A stretch of 64,000 nt of DNA from contig JAWODM010000004.1 in the NCBI GenBank assembly GCA_046483305.1, forward strand, positions 46,894-110,893, written 5' to 3'. The DNA is from Candidatus Krumholzibacteriales bacterium. GTDB lineage: Bacteria; Krumholzibacteriota; Krumholzibacteriia; Krumholzibacteriales; WJIX01. The notes beneath the pieces are model-generated. The model worked only from the letters and a program-made list of their open reading frames with translations. It was not told where the DNA came from and did no database searches. Both the position numbers and the translations under genes were made by a program. Below, piece after piece: positions 60,005 through 64,000 of the stretch (position 1 is the first letter of the stretch; the number at the start of each line of letters is the position of its first letter).

Positions 60005-62038
60005 CTAAGGGGTATAATCTCCTCTCAACACAAAAACTCTTTCCCTGGAAGCCGTGACATCGTTTTCCAGGTCTCTAACCTCCAGCCTGATAAGATACCG
60101 GTCTTCCTCAAGAGAACCGGTTTCTATAACCAGCCTGTCGCTTACCGAAGCGCTGTAAGCGTTGAGCGTGAGGGAATTGGAGATGAATGAGCGTCCGCTG
60201 CCTGAGCCGGTAAGTTTTCTTATCCGGTCAACAATAGAAGAGAATGCTCCTTTCTGATAGCTGTCCTTCTGGTAAGGAATTATGGTGTATGTCAGCCTGT
60301 ACCGGGATTCACCCCTGCTGTTCTGCCTGAGATTATATATATCGTATGACAGGCAGAGATAGGACCCCAGGGGAAAAACAGATCTGCCGTCCGGCCAGGG
60401 GCCGCAACGCTGCTCCGTCCCCGAAAGGGAGATCGCGATATCGCTGACAGTCAGCCGGCCGGTGCCATAATCGATGAAATGGAATGCGCCAGCGGCTGTT
60501 CCCCTCTTCCCGCCCGAGGAATCGACGCAGGTTACATGGTAAACTGATTCGCCGGCTCGCGCCATCAGTCTGACGGCATGCCTGAGCAGAAAGTAACCCC
60601 GGCCCCACTTACGGATAACCTTGAGAGAATCACTGGAAAAAGGGAAGTTCGCTCTGTATATCCTGTTATTGTTGCTGTCCCGGATGGAGAAAAATATCCG
60701 GCACGGGGAACCTTGCTCGAATATCTGATCGGATGGAATGGAAACAGAATAGAACAGGGCGTTCTCATCACCTGCCGCTTTTTTCTGGACGGCCTGGGAG
60801 TATACCTCCAGATTGCTGAACTTGAGCGGATACCTGTATGATTCGGGGATCGCTGATTCTACAAACAGGTTGTTATGACAGTAGTTCTTCAATTTTCTAT
60901 CGATAGGTATATGATAATCTCCATTAAGGAATTCGTCCATGAAGTAAAGCGTGAAGACAGGAGGTTCCCTGTAATAGCTCCAGGCAATCAGGGAAGCGTC
61001 CCAGCTTTCAACTCCACTCTGATCGAAAGGGATACTTATTTTATCAGGCATGCCGTATTTGATAAGCGATCTGCCCCTGTCGGTATCCGGCCCTTCATAA
61101 CCGAGGTCTTCGTTCCGGAAAAGATAGCGGGCCAGATAGATTCTCCTGAAGTGTTCCAGGCGCCTTTCATTGAGTTCGGTGGCGGGGGTCGGATCGCGGT
61201 AGACCCAGAAGTTCCTGATATAGTTTTCCTTCCAGTTTTCCGGAAGGGCGGCGAATCTATCTTTTTCGTCTTTCTCCAGCAGCGGATAAATATCCAGATA
61301 GATCTGCTTTTCCGAGGGCCCCATCAATTCCAGAGATTCGGAAAATTCCTTTTCGGCCTCCTCAAGATTCTTCATGTCCAGGTGAATTATTCCCAGAAGA
61401 GTATGGGGAAGGGGCGAATCCCCCATGCGGTCTGTCATCTTTCCGGCGTATCTGAGAGCGGTATCGGGCCTTTCCAGGATTATGTCAAGGGTGATAAGCT
61501 CACTCAGAGCTTCAGTTCCTGATGGATCTATCTTCACCGCATCCGCGTAAAGTTCTGCGGCTTCAGCCGCGTAGTCGGGGTAGCACATATTTCTGAGGTA
61601 ACGATTCTTCTTGATGGAGGCCAGACGGCATATAGCTTCATAATTGTCAGGCTCGATCTCCAGGACTTTCCTGAAGGAAGCTTCGGCGTCTCCGATAAAT
61701 TCCCTTTCCTGGTTGATACGCCCCCTCTCCATATATAGCTCCGGATCGGAAGGGTTCAGGGCAATAGCCCTGTTTATTTCCCTAATCGCTGATGCGCGTG
61801 AATAGGGAGTGCCAAGCCTTTTGTAATAAATGGCAAGGATATGGCGCAGCTGCCAGTTATCCGGGTTGTCAGAAAGCTTCAGCTCCAGGGATTCTATTCT
61901 CCTTTTCAGCTCCTCTTCGCCGAGTTCATCCTGCACCTTCAGCAAACGGCTGCTGCTGCCGGCCGGTTCCCGTACCTGGCCGCAACCGGAACCGGCGCAC
62001 CAGGCCGCGCAAAGTATTGTCAGGATCAATTTATTCAA
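60005..62038 (-). CDS. TPR + GWxTD domain protein (probable lipoprotein)
   Basis: Signal with GSGC; TPR helices; 'FW..RDPTPATELNE...EHFRRI...GPDTDRG...YGMPD'. Confidence 0.8.
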   Translation of the reverse strand: MNKLILTILCAAWCAGSGCGQVREPAGSSSRLLKVQDELGEEELKRRIESLELKLSDNPDNWQLRHILAIYYKRLGTPYSRASAIREINRAIALNPSDPELYMERGRINQEREFIGDAEASFRKVLEIEPDNYEAICRLASIKKNRYLRNMCYPDYAAEAAELYADAVKIDPSGTEALSELITLDIILERPDTALRYAGKMTDRMGDSPLPHTLLGIIHLDMKNLEEAEKEFSESLELMGPSEKQIYLDIYPLLEKDEKDRFAALPENWKENYIRNFWVYRDPTPATELNERRLEHFRRIYLARYLFRNEDLGYEGPDTDRGRSLIKYGMPDKISIPFDQSGVESWDASLIAWSYYREPPVFTLYFMDEFLNGDYHIPIDRKLKNYCHNNLFVESAIPESYRYPLKFSNLEVYSQAVQKKAAGDENALFYSVSIPSDQIFEQGSPCRIFFSIRDSNNNRIYRANFPFSSDSLKVIRKWGRGYFLLRHAVRLMARAGESVYHVTCVDSSGGKRGTAAGAFHFIDYGTGRLTVSDIAISLSGTEQRCGPWPDGRSVFPLGSYLCLSYDIYNLRQNSRGESRYRLTYTIIPYQKDSYQKGAFSSIVDRIRKLTGSGSGRSFISNSLTLNAYSASVSDRLVIETGSLEEDRYLIRLEVRDLENDVTASRERVFVLRGDYTP

Positions 62039-62103
62039 TATCCCTCACCTCTCTTCAGGGAAGTATATTCATTTATGCCTTCAGACCGCAAACGGAAAAT
62101 TAT

Positions 62104-62120
62104 CTGGTATTAATATTGCT
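62104..62120 (+). promoter_or_regulatory. sigma54 (-24/-12) promoter
   Basis: CTGGTATTAATATTGCT, i.e. GG-N10-GC, 30 nt before ATG 62151. Confidence 0.6.
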
Positions 62121-62150
62121 AAATACCCTGATGGAGCAAAAGGGAGAATA

Positions 62151-63575
62151 ATGCAAGACCGGGATTTCAAACTGAAACCTGAGGGCCTGAATATCCTTGG
62201 CGAGATTATCAGGGTAATAGGCAGGTTGCTCTACGATTCGAGAATATACCCGCCCGGACACGGATATCTGGACGGGCTTTATTCAGATGTATACATGAAT
62301 ATCAAGAGGATGCTCCGGGACAGAAGCGGTATTGTTTTTAGATGTCTGGACGACTCCGTATATTACCACAATTTCAGGATGAAGATAGGGGATGAGTCGG
62401 GGATAGGGGGAAACCTCTTGAAGAAAGTAATTGATAAACTCAATATCAGGGAGATTGAGCTCAGGGAAGACCTTCGGAAGGATGAACTGAAACCGTTTAT
62501 TAAAATATGTCTCTCCGCCTTAAAAAAAGACCAGTCGATTAATCTGACCGAGAACTGGAACAGAATACATAATATCGTGATAAGGACAGGTGAAGAGCAG
62601 AAGGCGGGGAGAGGCGGGATGGGCGCCGTGCTGCGCCGATCTGAGAATTATAACGGCAGGAATGAAGTGGGCGGCGCCATATCAAAGGTCCTGGACCGCC
62701 TTGAGAAAATAGAATCTTCTGAGACCCAGAAGGCAGGAAAGATGATAATCGATCTGATTATCAACGGTGATGAATTCTATTACGCCACTCTTCTGCTGAA
62801 ATCCCTGAAGTCCTATGACCTCTATACCTTCAACCATTCGATAAATGTCGCGGTGATATCTTCCGCCATGGGAAGCCGGATGGGTTATTCGGAGGACAGA
62901 AAGAACAGGCTGGGAATTGCGGCTCTCCTTCACGATATCGGAAAACTTTATGTACCCAGGGAGATTATACACAAGCGTGCACGCCTTACTCCCCAGGAAT
63001 GGAGAAAGGTGAAGAAGCACCCGGTAGAAGGGTATGAAATACTGAATGAGAACAACTGTGACCCCTGGATAAAGAGAATCGCTCTTGAACACCACATGGG
63101 CTACGACAGGACCGGTTATCCCAGGGTGGGGGGAAGTTACACTATCCTGGAGGAATCTCATATTATAAGGATCGCTGATACTTACGACGCCCTGACTACC
63201 ACCAGGCCGTATCGCGAACAGCTCAGCCCCTATGAAGCGGTGAGGCTGATGCAGGAAGGCAGGGGGACCGAGTTTGAGCCCTCTATTTTCGATATATTCA
63301 TGACCGTTCTCGGTAATATCCCGATAGGAAGTATTGTAAGACTCAACAGCGGAGAGATAGCAGTAGTAGTGGACATAAATGAATATGAAGAGGATTATCC
63401 GGTAGTACGCCTGCTGAAGGACGAGGAAGGCTGCCGGGTAAATCTGGAAGTTCTGGTTGACCTCAGCGAGAAGAATCCGGTTACCGGAGAGCCGGTGAGA
63501 TATATCGATTCGGTGATGGATAGCCCGGTGAGGGAGATTGATATAGGCTCGTACCTGTCGGAACGCCTACGATGA
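62151..63575 (+). CDS. HD-GYP domain cyclic dinucleotide phosphodiesterase
   Basis: HSINVA, LHDIGK, HPVEG, EHH...GYP, ADTYDAL...RPYR. ATG 62151 follows AGGGAG. Confidence 0.9.
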   Translation: MQDRDFKLKPEGLNILGEIIRVIGRLLYDSRIYPPGHGYLDGLYSDVYMNIKRMLRDRSGIVFRCLDDSVYYHNFRMKIGDESGIGGNLLKKVIDKLNIREIELREDLRKDELKPFIKICLSALKKDQSINLTENWNRIHNIVIRTGEEQKAGRGGMGAVLRRSENYNGRNEVGGAISKVLDRLEKIESSETQKAGKMIIDLIINGDEFYYATLLLKSLKSYDLYTFNHSINVAVISSAMGSRMGYSEDRKNRLGIAALLHDIGKLYVPREIIHKRARLTPQEWRKVKKHPVEGYEILNENNCDPWIKRIALEHHMGYDRTGYPRVGGSYTILEESHIIRIADTYDALTTTRPYREQLSPYEAVRLMQEGRGTEFEPSIFDIFMTVLGNIPIGSIVRLNSGEIAVVVDINEYEEDYPVVRLLKDEEGCRVNLEVLVDLSEKNPVTGEPVRYIDSVMDSPVREIDIGSYLSERLR

Positions 63576-64000
63576 CTTCTTTTCCCGGTTCGGCCACGCA
63601 TGTCCTCTTCCAGGGCATCTCAAGCGGACCGTGAACAGTGGATTCCCCCGCTACAACCTGCTCGTGGACGCTCATTTCATGGCCGAGATGTGTGCCGGAA
63701 TCCTGGTGGCCGTGACTGATCTGGATCGAATGCAGGGGGCCTTGCTTCTGGACCTGGCCGATGAAGGTGAGATCTGCCTGGGGATGGGAGGCCGGGAAAT
63801 GCGGACGCGAGACGGGGAGATTGTGCTGCGGGATGAGGCCGAGATCGTCTGCGTTCTCTGCCAGGGGGCGGACGAGAAGACCAGGGTTCGGGAAGACACG
63901 AAAAATGTTCTGTTCTATGCCTATGGTGTGCCCGGAGTCTCATCGACACATCTGGAAGACGGCCTGGCTGTGGCCGAAGGGGCGGTGAAGAAGTGCGGCG
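63565..64000 (+). pseudogene. 5'-truncated B3/4 (PheRS beta-like editing) domain gene, running off the window
   Basis: Frame reads AYDDFFSRFG...FPRYNLLVDAHFMAEM...TDLD...GEIVLRDE...EKTRVREDTKNVLFYAYGVPGV. In-frame TAG at 63544-46 and no start codon before the homologous part. Confidence 0.6.

Noticed and set aside
61830..62150. N-terminal extension of the HD-GYP ORF in the track
   Set aside because: Overlaps the opposite-strand GWxTD gene; RBS and promoter support ATG 62151.

Overview
A 64-kb, ~50% GC bacterial chromosomal segment, mostly housekeeping and amino-acid/peptide metabolism genes on the + strand. It comes from a Gram-negative organism, since waaA, a GT9 heptosyltransferase, OmpA and TonB are present. 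A FlgD/T9SS-like C-terminal domain, a GWxTD protein and secreted proteins ending in 'SWxAxKSxYR' suggest an FCB-superphylum candidate phylum such as Krumholzibacteriota or Latescibacterota (inference). Recognisable genes: aspC-like, arcC, larA-like, purD, purE, tsaC, waaA, mazG, uvrA, galE, a carboxyltransferase-biotin carrier fusion, SDR-type tdh, kbl, hppA, ychF, archease, rtcB, ogt, ggt, pgsA-like, tRNA-Phe(GAA) and tRNA-Glu(TTC). No CRISPR array, rRNA, integrase or transposase was seen. Most notable: (1) an intact 908-aa DnaE paralogue with every polymerase catalytic motif replaced but a C-terminal beta-clamp motif (QLSIF) retained, a candidate pseudo-polymerase scaffold; (2) tandem secreted paralogues with a short conserved C-terminal motif that may be an undescribed sorting signal; (3) a probable ATT-initiated flavoprotein gene; (4) a 150-bp palindromic element with 24-bp terminal inverted repeats; (5) sigma54-type promoters in front of signalling genes; (6) a GC-shifted, 5'-truncated B3/4-domain gene at the right end.
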